64,000 nucleotides of DNA from Candidatus Fervidifonticultor sextus (GTDB lineage Bacteria; Sysuimicrobiota; Sysuimicrobiia; Sysuimicrobiales; Humicultoraceae): positions 1 through 64,000 of the forward strand of contig JAVKHQ010000011.1 of assembly GCA_031459875.1 (NCBI GenBank). Reading direction: 5' to 3'. Shown here piece after piece: positions 38,901-47,470 of the stretch; the first letter of the stretch is position 1, and each line of letters begins with the position of its first letter. Position numbers and translations under genes: made by a program. Below the pieces are notes generated by a model. That model was given only the letters and a program-made list of their open reading frames with translations, did not search any database and had not been told where the DNA came from.

Positions 38901-39580
38901 GGGATGCGTCTGCCCGGGCCCTTCGAATGGCGCATGCCGCCGGGAATGACCTCTTGACTGCAGTTTGTCGGGATTCCCAAGCGCAGCTGCTTATGGAGGA
39001 AGGCCGGACTGCTGAGGCGCTGTCGGCCATCGATGAGGTCCTCGGGCTACTAGAGCGCACACACACATCACTTGGCCCAAGCCAGGAATCACTTGCACGT
39101 CGTGGTGCCATCCTGCTGCAAATGGGTAACCTTCCGCAAGCCATCGCCGACCTCGAACGTGCCAGACGTACCCAGACAGAGACCGGCGACCGCCTCGTCC
39201 TGGTGGACACTTTGACCTATCTGGCGCTGGCCTACGCGAAACGTGGCGACGCCGACCGGGGTCTGGCGACCTCCGAAGAGGCGCTCCGCCTGCTCGAACA
39301 GATCGGCTTCGCGAACTACCAACCCCAACGCATCTTCTGGCACCACTACCTCATTCTCGAGATGCTCGATCGCCAGCCGTGCCTGGACTACCTAAGGAGA
39401 GCCGTTGAGTTCATTGAGGCACAGGCCTTGACACTGTCCAGGGCACAGGCGTGGCGGCTACGGACCCGTGTCCCCCTCAACCGCGAGATCCTGGCGGCGT
39501 GGGAGCGACACCGCCAGGCTCCAGACTCAGAGCAACGGATGGGAGAGCCCCAGGCTGTGCAGGCCGTTGGCCTCCTGTGA
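35966..39580 (+). CDS. Large SARP/BTAD - P-loop ATPase - TPR transcriptional regulator
   Basis: N-terminal LLAYLAL...LWPE...LYRGDLL...EPLDESAQR; Walker A GEAGIGKS; Walker B VLEDLQWAD; TEGNPLF; YRFSHDKIR; helical repeats. Confidence 0.9.
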   Translation: MARLQIGLFGRFTVAIEERPIKLQTAAARLLAYLALAGERPVSRGRIAGSLWPELTEGRARSNLSTVSWRLRSELLDQGFTGDVISASGTLLCLKMASCDVDVEQFRQSALVPRAEGYPLEALSRAVGALRLYRGDLLEDWDAEWCNVERENLRRRYFDTLRALTDAFEQRGRLDHAVLYARMAAGAEPLDESAQRTLIRLLFLTGDKASAVNQFNKFAKLVRSELGTEPDEETLALFHEMLSSYRTQRSPYRFQAGRDLSVRTEKVPLLGRVEPRRQIGTFLDAAYAGNGGGFLLLGEAGIGKSKLAEWAMEEWAARGGSSVLGRCMEFNEPVPYQPLLDALAAYIEAADLTAFIGEGNSVLSALRMGNGESDRAFGQTSRPAAWPTGKLRLFRWLRGRLEEVSRSRPLLMVLEDLQWADKGTLDFLTYLLGGAGTMPLAVVLTSRPAHHPPKSRLGTQRLGRYCSGTIHLGPLSREETFQLVRSLVEDWQISHDVADWLYRETEGNPLFVIETLRLLQQQDKFESLARGRLFDAARGDDLSVSFEIPDGVRSAVRQRLDMLDATALLIAEIASVLGRSVDEELLAMVSGTGPNRLSRAIAHLLRVGVFEREKAGYRFSHDKIRAVCYESLPARARRTYHARAAAALAQMPEVPAQRLAWHQTCAGQWHLASATWAAAGESAVEIHAYDEALRAYRHAISCVRRDTTRSAQERNLEETRLLCRIDEVLAVTGRPAERRIVLEQMALASRRACRAHAQALWFIRRALFEEHEANFLTAARLARKAWCIARDEGDSLTEVEALRIIAWALNRQGRHVRSLAVSSLAFRKAGSHSSTSKAAILQEAAVVRIKLNDYALALSYLESARRILTDLGHEDDHPLILATEAVVHKWSGDLASCRSCLTRAIQSAEQIGDAVTAARVSFQLVTVDALEGRLGDSLRRLRKAIVASRSAGYQRTGISCLNEVANGIGRLIGNYRWAWDASARALRMAHAAGNDLLTAVCRDSQAQLLMEEGRTAEALSAIDEVLGLLERTHTSLGPSQESLARRGAILLQMGNLPQAIADLERARRTQTETGDRLVLVDTLTYLALAYAKRGDADRGLATSEEALRLLEQIGFANYQPQRIFWHHYLILEMLDRQPCLDYLRRAVEFIEAQALTLSRAQAWRLRTRVPLNREILAAWERHRQAPDSEQRMGEPQAVQAVGLL

Positions 39581-39655
39581 GAGGGCTCTGAGAGACTCCC
39601 TGCCTACGCTTCGGTCATCCGGAGGAATTGCGCCCGTGGCGCGGGTGAAGAGGCC

Positions 39656-40486
39656 ATGGCAGGCCGAATCGTCGCTCGGTTCTTGGTGGACCGCCCGGTG
39701 CGGCCCGGGATGGTGCGGGCCATCCTCGACACCCTCTCGGCCCAGGGCGGTGCGTACGAGCCACAGCTCATCCGGCGTGCGACAGACGAAGGACCGCGGC
39801 GGATCACCTGGAGCCGGATGGCCGGGCTCCTCGACGACATCGGACAGGCTGGGCTCCGGACTACCTTCCTGAGGGTGTCCGACGGTCGCCCGGAGCCGGT
39901 GCTCTCCTTCTCGATGAGCGCCTCACCTCGCAGCGATCCGAGCCGGGTCACCATGACGATCCCAGCAGCGGCGCTGGCCGCCAGTAGCGATGTCGAGCAG
40001 GTCCTCGGCGTGTGCAAGGGGTTGTACCTGTTCCTGGAGTCCCCCTGGGGCACCGTAGAACTCGAAGACGCTGCAGGGTCTTCTGAGGAGCAGTTGCGGA
40101 CGGATCCATCGCCTCCGGCCGTGACGCGTCCGGGTGCCGCGGCGTCGCCCGCGCCCTCGGGGGATGCGCCTACGTTCCTCCGCTGGGCCAACTTCTTCGG
40201 CCCCCAGGTGATCGCGCGGGTCGGGCCGGCACGCCTGCTGACATCGATGGCATTCATCGTCGAGATTCTCCCCGACGGGGGGATCATGCTGGTCACCCAT
40301 CCGTCTCCTCAGATGGCGGCGACCCCAGAAGGCCGGGCCCTCCAGCGGCAGATCGAAGACTCGACGGGGATCGGCGGGGCACTATCCGCCTTCAGCGGAG
40401 GGAGGCGAAGGCCTCCTTCACCTTCCCGTCTGCCTCGCACCACGGGACGGCGCCGCCTATCGGGGCACGAGGACGAAGACCCCTGA
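39656..40486 (+). CDS. Hypothetical protein (C-terminus resembles polymorphic-toxin immunity proteins)
   Basis: ORF with host-like codon bias; WANFFGP..IARVG..RL....VEILPDGGIMLV pattern. Confidence 0.55.
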   Translation: MAGRIVARFLVDRPVRPGMVRAILDTLSAQGGAYEPQLIRRATDEGPRRITWSRMAGLLDDIGQAGLRTTFLRVSDGRPEPVLSFSMSASPRSDPSRVTMTIPAAALAASSDVEQVLGVCKGLYLFLESPWGTVELEDAAGSSEEQLRTDPSPPAVTRPGAAASPAPSGDAPTFLRWANFFGPQVIARVGPARLLTSMAFIVEILPDGGIMLVTHPSPQMAATPEGRALQRQIEDSTGIGGALSAFSGGRRRPPSPSRLPRTTGRRRLSGHEDEDP

Positions 40487-40626
40487 ACCACATCATGTAG
40501 TGGGCGCTTCGGTTGTCGCCCGCTAGATCTGCTCCACTCCTTCTCGGCGCTCGCTGGAAACCCGCATCCAGCAAGGGTCCCTGCGGCTGGCTTCCTGGAT
40601 TTTTTCTCTGCTGGCGATGCCTGGCA

Positions 40627-40681
40627 GGAGGAGTTTGTGGGAAGACGGAGAATAGCGTGGGACGAAGTGGGGATATGTGGG
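40627..40681 (+). promoter_or_regulatory. MraZ operator repeats
   Basis: GTGG at 40637, 40657, 40667 and 40677, with GGAG at 40627 and 40647: strict 10-bp period directly before mraZ. Confidence 0.8.
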
Positions 40682-40682
40682 G

Positions 40683-41105
40683 ATGCTCAAGGGCGAGTTC
40701 CAGTACGCGCTGGACGACAAGGGCCGGGTGGTGATCCCGCCCAAGTTCCGGCGCGCACTGGGGGACCAAGTGGTCGCTACACGTGGGGTCGACCCCTGCA
40801 TCAGCGTGTACTCGCCGGCCGAGTGGGCCAGGGTTGAGGAGCGTCTCCGCAGGCTCTCGACGCGGCAGCGCGACGTCGTACGGTTCCTGCTGGCGGGCGC
40901 CGTGGACCTGGAACTGGACCGGCAGGGCCGGGTGACGCTGCCGCCGCACCTGCGGCAGCATGCCGGAATCGATCGGGACGTGGTGGTGGTCGGTCTGATC
41001 AGCCGTCTTGAGATCTGGAGCCGGCCGGCTTGGCAATCGTACTTGGAGAAGGCCCAGAAGTCTGCCCCGCAGATCGCGGAGCAGATCGAGGAGCTGAGCA
41101 TATAG
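40683..41105 (+). CDS. mraZ: Division/cell wall cluster repressor MraZ
   Basis: LDDKGRVVIPPKFR, LDRQGRVTLP, RLEIWS. Confidence 0.97.
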   Translation: MLKGEFQYALDDKGRVVIPPKFRRALGDQVVATRGVDPCISVYSPAEWARVEERLRRLSTRQRDVVRFLLAGAVDLELDRQGRVTLPPHLRQHAGIDRDVVVVGLISRLEIWSRPAWQSYLEKAQKSAPQIAEQIEELSI

Positions 41106-42202
41106 CCGGATCGGAGGCGGCCGCCGCCGGGCACGTCCCGGTGTTGCTCCAGGATGTGCTCGCCTGGCTCGACCCCAGGCCCGGCGGGGTGTATGTCGAT
41201 GCCACGATCGGGGCGGGCGGACACGCCGAGGCGATTCTGGAACGGATCGCCCCGACCGGGCGGCTGATCGGGATCGACCGCGACGCCGAGGCGCTGGAGG
41301 TCGCGGCGCAGCGACTGGCTCGATACGCAGCAAACGTCACACTTCGGCACGCAGACTTCTCGGCCATCCGCGAGGTGATCGCGGAGGCCGGCATCGGGGC
41401 GGTGGACGGCATCGTGATGGACCTGGGAGCCTCCTCGCTGCAGCTCGAGGGGCCGGACCGCGGGTTCAGCTTCCTGCGGCCGGGTCCGCTCGACATGCGC
41501 ATGGATCGGTCCCAGCCGCTGCGCGCTGCCGACCTGGTCAACGAACTCCCCGAAGACGACTTGGCCGACATCCTCTGGCGGTACGGCGAGGAGCGCTGGG
41601 CGCGGCGGATCGCCCGCGAGGTCGTCCGGCGCCGGCCGATCGAGACCACGGACCAGCTCGCCGCGGTGGTCAGCGGCGCGATCCCGCGGCGGGCCTGGCC
41701 TCGATCGATCCATCCGGCCACGCGGACGTTCCAGGCTCTGCGCATCGCCGTCAACCGCGAACTCGATCAGCTGGAACGGGCGCTGCCCGAAGCGGTGGGG
41801 GCTCTCCGGGAGGGAGGTCGGCTCTGCGTGATCACCTTCCACTCCCTGGAAGATCGCATCCTCAAACACACCCTCCTGCGCCTCTCCCGTGGCTGCACCT
41901 GTCCTCCCGGGAGCCCCACCTGCACCTGCGGCGGCCGGCGGCTCATCCGCATACTGACGCGCAAGCCCATTGCGCCGTCGGCCGCCGAGGTCGCGTCCAA
42001 CCCCCGCGCGCGCAGCGCCAAGCTGCGGGTCGCGGAGCGTCTGCATCGCGATGAAGAGGCAACGCCAGATGCGTCGGAGGCCGGTCATCCCAGCGCTGAC
42101 TCCATCCTCCCCTTCGTCCCTCCTGACCACGTCTCTCCGGCACCCGGCCTCCGACGTGTTGGCTCTGATCCGCCGGGACTGTTCCCCCCGCGGGCGGCAT
42201 GA
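41102..42202 (+). CDS. rsmH: 16S rRNA m4C1402 methyltransferase
   Basis: HVPVLL, DATIGAGGH, DLGASSLQL, PLDMRMD, HPATRTFQALRIAVN, FHSLEDR, NPRARSAKLR; start uncertain (see findings). Confidence 0.95.
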   Translation: MAGSEAAAAGHVPVLLQDVLAWLDPRPGGVYVDATIGAGGHAEAILERIAPTGRLIGIDRDAEALEVAAQRLARYAANVTLRHADFSAIREVIAEAGIGAVDGIVMDLGASSLQLEGPDRGFSFLRPGPLDMRMDRSQPLRAADLVNELPEDDLADILWRYGEERWARRIAREVVRRRPIETTDQLAAVVSGAIPRRAWPRSIHPATRTFQALRIAVNRELDQLERALPEAVGALREGGRLCVITFHSLEDRILKHTLLRLSRGCTCPPGSPTCTCGGRRLIRILTRKPIAPSAAEVASNPRARSAKLRVAERLHRDEEATPDASEAGHPSADSILPFVPPDHVSPAPGLRRVGSDPPGLFPPRAA

Positions 42203-42675
42203 CCGGCATGATGGCGCCCGAGCGTCGCTCGCGGTTCTTTCCGGTCTGGCTGCCCGACCGTCCTCCCTGCGGGCAGCCCGCAGTCCGGCGCCGGGTACGC
42301 CTGCACCCGATGGCCGGCGCGATGGTGATGGCGGCGCTTCTCACCCTGCCGGCTTTGGTCTACGTGTGGCAACGTGCATACCGGATCGAGGCCGGCTACA
42401 CGATCCTGCGCCTGCAGCGCGATGTGGCCCGGCTGCGCGCGGAACACGCGCGGCTGCAGCTGCAGGTGGCGGCCCTGAAATCGCCGCAGCGGATCGAACA
42501 CTACGCCACCACAGAGCTGGGCATGGTGCCGCCCCGCCAGCGCCAGCTCGTCGCCATCACCGTCGGGCCGGCCATCGCGCAGGTCGAACAACCGTCCGGC
42601 CGCCGCGGCCTGCTGGACCAGCTCGCCGCGTGGTTCGGGAGGAGTGAGGCCGAGGCCAGAGAGCGACGGCGATGA
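42199..42675 (+). CDS. ftsL: Cell division protein FtsL-like
   Basis: Single TM, leucine zipper, LKSPQRIEHYATTELGM; lies between rsmH and the PBP gene. Confidence 0.85.
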   Translation: MTGMMAPERRSRFFPVWLPDRPPCGQPAVRRRVRLHPMAGAMVMAALLTLPALVYVWQRAYRIEAGYTILRLQRDVARLRAEHARLQLQVAALKSPQRIEHYATTELGMVPPRQRQLVAITVGPAIAQVEQPSGRRGLLDQLAAWFGRSEAEARERRR

Positions 42676-44465
42676 CTCCCCGGCGCCCACGCCGCCCGCC
42701 CGGGTGGGAGAGGCCTCCCGGGCGGCGTTCGTTTCGTTCTGCCGCCATGGCCGAGGCCGAGCATGCCCGGCTCATCCGCCTGCGCGCAGCGCTGCTCTTC
42801 GTCGGCCTGGGCATGGCCTTCTCCGCCCTCGGCGGCCGCCTGGTCACCCTCCATGTGGTGCACGCCCGTACCCTCGAGCGGATCGCGGAGCGCCAGCAAC
42901 ACGCCGAGCTGGTGCTGGAGCCCCGGCGCGGCCGGTTGCTCGACCGCTGGGGCCGGCCGCTTGCGATCAACGTCGACGTGGAATCGGTCTACGCCGTGCC
43001 GTCGAAGATCGGCGATGCCAAGGCCTTTGCCCGGACCGTCGCGCCGATCCTGGGGGTGCGGGAGGAGGACCTGGCCCGCCGGCTGCGCCCGGACCGACAC
43101 TTCGTCTGGCTGGCCCGCAAGGTCCCGCCGCACGTGGCGACGGCGTTGCGGGCGAAAGCCCTGGGCGAACAGATCGGGTTCCTCCCCGAGGCCCGGCGGG
43201 AATACCCGAACGGCACGCTGGCCGCCCACGTCCTGGGGTTCGCGGGCATCGACAACCAGGGCCTGGCCGGGGCAGAACTCGCCTTCGACCAACACCTCCG
43301 TGGCCGGGCCGGGCTGGCGCGGATCGAGCGGGACGCCATGGGCCGGCCGCGCTTCGAGACCCGCACGGTCCTGCAGGAGCCGACGGACGGTGCCGATGTG
43401 GTCCTCACGATCGATCAGGTGATCCAGCACATCGCCGAGCGGGAACTCGACCGCGCCGTGGCGGAGACAAAGGCGGCGTGGGGGACGGTGCTGGTCATGG
43501 ACCCGGAGAATGGCGAGATGCTGGCCATGGCGGTCTCTCCGCGGTTCGACCCCAATGCCTTCGAGCGGACGGAACCATCCGACTGGATCAACCCGGCGCT
43601 GTCGCTGGTCTACGAGCCGGGGTCGACCTTCAAGATCGTGCTGGCAGCCGCCGCGCTGGAGGCCGGCGTCACGGACGAACGGGAGGTCTTCTTCAACGAC
43701 GGGACCCTCCGGGTGCCTGGGGGCTACGTCATCAAAGAGGCCCGCGGCCGGACGTTCCCGCGCCAGACGCTGGGCGATATCATCCGCAACTCCTCCAACG
43801 TGGGCGCGGCGATGGTGGCCGCCCGCCTGGGAGCCGAGCGGTACCACGCCGCCATCCGGCGGTTCGGCTTCGGGGAGCCCACCGGGATCGACCTGCCCGG
43901 GGAGGTTGCCGGCCTGGTGCCGCCCCCCTCCCAGTGGCAGGGGTCGACCGTGCATACCATGGGGTTCGGCCAGGGCATCTCGGTCACGCCGCTGCAGATC
44001 CTGACGGCCGGCGCGGCCATCGCCCGGGGGGGCCTGCTCGTGCGGCCCCACGTCCTCCGGACGGTGCGCGATCCAGAGGGCCGGTCGCTGGCAGTCACCG
44101 TCCCCGCCTCCCGCGGGCAGGCGGTCTCACCGTCCGTGGCCCGGAAGGTGCTGGCCATGATGGAAGACAGCGTCCGGCGCGGGACCGGCACGCCGGCCCG
44201 CCTGGACGGCTACGCTGTGGCCGGGAAGAGCGGGACGGCCCAGAAACCCTCGCCATCGGGCGGCTACCTGCCCGATGCGTATGTCGCCTCCTTCGTGGGC
44301 GTCGTGCCGACGGATCGTCCGCGCCTAGTTATCCTCGTCGTGCTGGACGAGCCGAAGGGCCAGTACTTCGGAGGCGTGGTCGCGGCGCCGATCTTCCGGG
44401 CGGTGGCGTCGCAGGCGCTGTGGCACCTCCGCGTGGCGCCGGCGTCAGCTCCGGCCATGCGTTGA
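42672..44465 (+). CDS. ftsI: Class B penicillin-binding protein (FtsI/SpoVD-like)
   Basis: RGRLLDRWG, RREYP, YEPGSTFK (SxxK), NSSNVG (SxN), AGKSGTAQ (KSG). Confidence 0.93.
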   Translation: MTPRRPRRPPGWERPPGRRSFRSAAMAEAEHARLIRLRAALLFVGLGMAFSALGGRLVTLHVVHARTLERIAERQQHAELVLEPRRGRLLDRWGRPLAINVDVESVYAVPSKIGDAKAFARTVAPILGVREEDLARRLRPDRHFVWLARKVPPHVATALRAKALGEQIGFLPEARREYPNGTLAAHVLGFAGIDNQGLAGAELAFDQHLRGRAGLARIERDAMGRPRFETRTVLQEPTDGADVVLTIDQVIQHIAERELDRAVAETKAAWGTVLVMDPENGEMLAMAVSPRFDPNAFERTEPSDWINPALSLVYEPGSTFKIVLAAAALEAGVTDEREVFFNDGTLRVPGGYVIKEARGRTFPRQTLGDIIRNSSNVGAAMVAARLGAERYHAAIRRFGFGEPTGIDLPGEVAGLVPPPSQWQGSTVHTMGFGQGISVTPLQILTAGAAIARGGLLVRPHVLRTVRDPEGRSLAVTVPASRGQAVSPSVARKVLAMMEDSVRRGTGTPARLDGYAVAGKSGTAQKPSPSGGYLPDAYVASFVGVVPTDRPRLVILVVLDEPKGQYFGGVVAAPIFRAVASQALWHLRVAPASAPAMR

Positions 44466-44498
44466 CCTGCGCGGAATGGACCGGCCGCCGGCACGTAC

Positions 44499-44504
44499 TA
44501 TAAT
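44499..44504 (+). promoter_or_regulatory. Possible internal -10 box before murE
   Basis: Consensus TATAAT in the ftsI-murE gap, rare in this GC-rich DNA; SD GGAGGTG follows. Confidence 0.55.
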
Positions 44505-44531
44505 GAGCCAGGATCGTGCGGAGGTGTCCGG

Positions 44532-46076
44532 ATGGAGTTGCGCGCGCTGCTGACGGACCTGGACGCGCCGTCGGTGGTGGGCAGCGTGGATCGGGAAATC
44601 CGCGGGATCGCGTACGACTCCCGGGAGGTCGGCCCGGGGTTTCTGTTTGCGGCCCTGCGCGGCAGGACGTTCGACGGGCAGGCCTTCATCCAGGAGGCGG
44701 TGGGCCGCGGCGCGGTGGCCGTGCTGGTGGACCGCCCGGTGGGGGCGCCACCGGGCGTCACGCTGGTCCGCGTGGCCGAGGCGCGACGCGCGCTGGCACA
44801 GGTCACTGCCGCGTTCTTCGGCCATCCCTCGCGCCGGCTGCACCTGATCGGGGTCACGGGCACCAACGGCAAGGGCGCCACCACGTACCTGGTGGAGGCG
44901 ATCCTGCGGGCCGCGGGCCGGCCGTGCGGCATCATCGGGACCATGGGTCTCGTCACCGGCAGCGAGGTGGTCCCCACCGCGCGGACGACACCCGAAGCCC
45001 CGGACCTGCAGGCGGCGCTGCGGAGGATGGTCGACCGCGGCTGCCAGTACGTCGCCATGGAAGTCGCCTCGCACGCGCTGGCGCAGGAGCGCGTCACCGG
45101 CTGCCAGTTCCAGGTGGGGGTCTTCACCAACCTCACCCGCGACCACCTGGACTTCCACCGGAGCATGGAAGCCTACCGCGCGGCGAAGGTCCGGTTGTTC
45201 GCCATGCTCCCGCCGGAGGGGTGGGCGGTGCTCAACGCGGATGATCCGGCGGCTCCAGTGATGCGCGCGGTGAGTCCCGCGCGGCTGCTGACTTACGGCC
45301 TGCGCACGCCGGCGGACGTGCGCGGCCGCGACGTGCGACTGCACCTCGCTGGCTCCGAGTTCGTCGCCGATACCCCGGCCGGGTCGATTGCGGTCTCGCT
45401 GCGCCTGGCCGGCGGCTTCAACGTCGCCAACGCCCTGGCGGCTGTGGCGGTGGGGATCACGCAGGGGATTCCGCTGCCCACCATCGCCAGGGCCCTGGCC
45501 TCCGTCCCCGGCATCCCTGGCCGCTTCGAGGCCGTGGACGAGGGGCAGCCGTTTGCCGTGGTGGTGGACTACGCGCACACGCCCGACGGCCTGGACAACG
45601 TCCTGCGCTCGGCCCGCGAGCTCACCGGTGGCCGGCTGATCGTGGTCTTCGGCTGCGGCGGCGACCGCGACCGCCTCAAGCGGCCGGTCATGGGGCGCAT
45701 CGCGGCAAAATGGGCCGATCACGTCATCGTCACGTCGGACAACCCGCGCAGCGAGGATCCGCAGGCCATCATCGAGGAGATCCGGCCGGGCGTCGAGAGC
45801 GGGGCCGCCGCCCGGGCATCGTCCGGCGGGCGGGGCCCGGTGCGGGTGGACATCGACCCCGATCGCCGCCGGGCGATCGCGGTCGCGATCGCCGCGGCGC
45901 GGCCCGGCGACCTCGTCGTGGTCGCCGGGAAGGGTCACGAGACCTATCAGGAGATCGCCGGCGTGAAGCATCCCTTCGACGACCGGCAGGTCGTGCGCGA
46001 GGCGCTGCGCGCGGCGGGTGTGGCCGCGGGCCGCCCACGTGCGGCCGGCCCACCCGTGCGGGGGCCGGCCCCGTGA
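44532..46076 (+). CDS. murE: UDP-MurNAc-dipeptide:meso-DAP ligase
   Basis: GVTGTNGK, TTPEA, MEVASHAL, TRDHLDFH, VDYAHTPD, DNPR (DAP specificity), AGKGHE. Confidence 0.97.
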   Translation: MELRALLTDLDAPSVVGSVDREIRGIAYDSREVGPGFLFAALRGRTFDGQAFIQEAVGRGAVAVLVDRPVGAPPGVTLVRVAEARRALAQVTAAFFGHPSRRLHLIGVTGTNGKGATTYLVEAILRAAGRPCGIIGTMGLVTGSEVVPTARTTPEAPDLQAALRRMVDRGCQYVAMEVASHALAQERVTGCQFQVGVFTNLTRDHLDFHRSMEAYRAAKVRLFAMLPPEGWAVLNADDPAAPVMRAVSPARLLTYGLRTPADVRGRDVRLHLAGSEFVADTPAGSIAVSLRLAGGFNVANALAAVAVGITQGIPLPTIARALASVPGIPGRFEAVDEGQPFAVVVDYAHTPDGLDNVLRSARELTGGRLIVVFGCGGDRDRLKRPVMGRIAAKWADHVIVTSDNPRSEDPQAIIEEIRPGVESGAAARASSGGRGPVRVDIDPDRRRAIAVAIAAARPGDLVVVAGKGHETYQEIAGVKHPFDDRQVVREALRAAGVAAGRPRAAGPPVRGPAP

Positions 46077-47470
46077 GATTGCGCCTCGCCGTGCAGGACC
46101 TGGTCGCGGCGACCGGGGGCCGCCTCGCGGTCCCGCCGGGTGCCTTTGTGCCCGACGTGATCACGGGGGTCACGACCGACAGCCGCCAGGCGGCGCCGGG
46201 AGATCTCTTCGTGGCCCTGCGCGGACCCCACACCGACGGACACCGGTTCGTCGCCGACGCCGCCCGGCGGGGGGCGGCCCTCGCGCTCGTCTCCGATCCC
46301 TCGGCGGCCGCCGGGCCGGCGCTGGTGGTTCCCGACACGCTGCGCGCGCTCGGCGCCGTGGCGGCGCTGTACCGGCGAAGCCTGACCCTCACGGTGATCG
46401 GCATCACCGGTAGCGTGGGCAAGACGACCGCGGTCGGGCTGTGCGCTGAGGTGCTCGCCGCCCGCTACCGCGTGGGCCGCTCGGCGGAGTCGTGGAACGC
46501 CGAGCTGGGCGTGGCGCTGACGTTGCTCGGGTTGCAGGCCTCCGATGAGGTGGCCGTGATCGAGATGGCGATGCGCGGAGCCGGCCAGATCCGCGAGCTG
46601 GTGGAGATGGCCCGCCCGCGGATCGGGGCGGTCACCGTGATCGGCGATAGCCACCTGGAGCTGCTGGGTTCGCGCGAGCGGATTGCGGCGGCGAAAGCCG
46701 AACTGCTGGAGGGACTGCCGCCAGACGGCGTGGCGGTCGTGAACGCCGACGACCCGCTGACCGCCCGGCTGGTCCGCGACGTCCGATGCGCGGTGGTCCG
46801 CTTCGGCCTGGGGCCGCAGGCCGACGTGCGCGCCTCCGGCATCACTCCGGCCGAGGGCGCCACAGGGTTCACCCTGCACATGGGAGGCGCGTCGCACGAG
46901 GTCTGCCTGCCGCTGGCGGGGGCGCACCAGGTCCGTAACGCCCTGGTCGCGGCTGCGGTGGCCGGGGTGATGGGCGTTGCCGGCCCTCAGATCGCCGCAG
47001 GCCTGGCCCGGGCGCGTCCGGCCACGATGCGCCAGGAAGTTACCATCGTGGGGGAGGTGCTCCTCGTCGACGATTCGTACAACGCCAGCCCGCAGTCCAT
47101 GACCGCCGCCTTCGAGGTCGTCAGGCAGGTGGGCGGCCAGCGTCGGCGCGTGCTGGCGTTGGGAGAGATGCGCGAACTGGGACCGCAGTCGCGCGAGTTC
47201 CACCGCCGGGTGGGGCAAGAGGCGGCGGGCCTGTCGCCCGCCTTCCTGCTGGCGGTGGGGCCGCACGCGGACTGGTACCTGGAAGGGGCCTCGGCTGCCG
47301 GACTGGCCTGGGAGGCCATGGCGCATGTGGGGACGGTGCACGAGGCCATCCCCATCCTGTGCCGGTTCCTGCGGGCCGGCGACGTGCTGCTGGTCAAGGG
47401 CTCACGGGCGATCGCGATGGAGCATCTGGTGGCCGCGCTTCGCGCCAGAGCCCCGGTGGGCCGGTCGTGA
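46073..47470 (+). CDS. murF: UDP-MurNAc-tripeptide:D-Ala-D-Ala ligase
   Basis: TDSR, GITGSVGKTT, DDSYNASPQSM, LGEMRELG, VKGSRA. Confidence 0.96.
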   Translation: MRLRLAVQDLVAATGGRLAVPPGAFVPDVITGVTTDSRQAAPGDLFVALRGPHTDGHRFVADAARRGAALALVSDPSAAAGPALVVPDTLRALGAVAALYRRSLTLTVIGITGSVGKTTAVGLCAEVLAARYRVGRSAESWNAELGVALTLLGLQASDEVAVIEMAMRGAGQIRELVEMARPRIGAVTVIGDSHLELLGSRERIAAAKAELLEGLPPDGVAVVNADDPLTARLVRDVRCAVVRFGLGPQADVRASGITPAEGATGFTLHMGGASHEVCLPLAGAHQVRNALVAAAVAGVMGVAGPQIAAGLARARPATMRQEVTIVGEVLLVDDSYNASPQSMTAAFEVVRQVGGQRRRVLALGEMRELGPQSREFHRRVGQEAAGLSPAFLLAVGPHADWYLEGASAAGLAWEAMAHVGTVHEAIPILCRFLRAGDVLLVKGSRAIAMEHLVAALRARAPVGRS

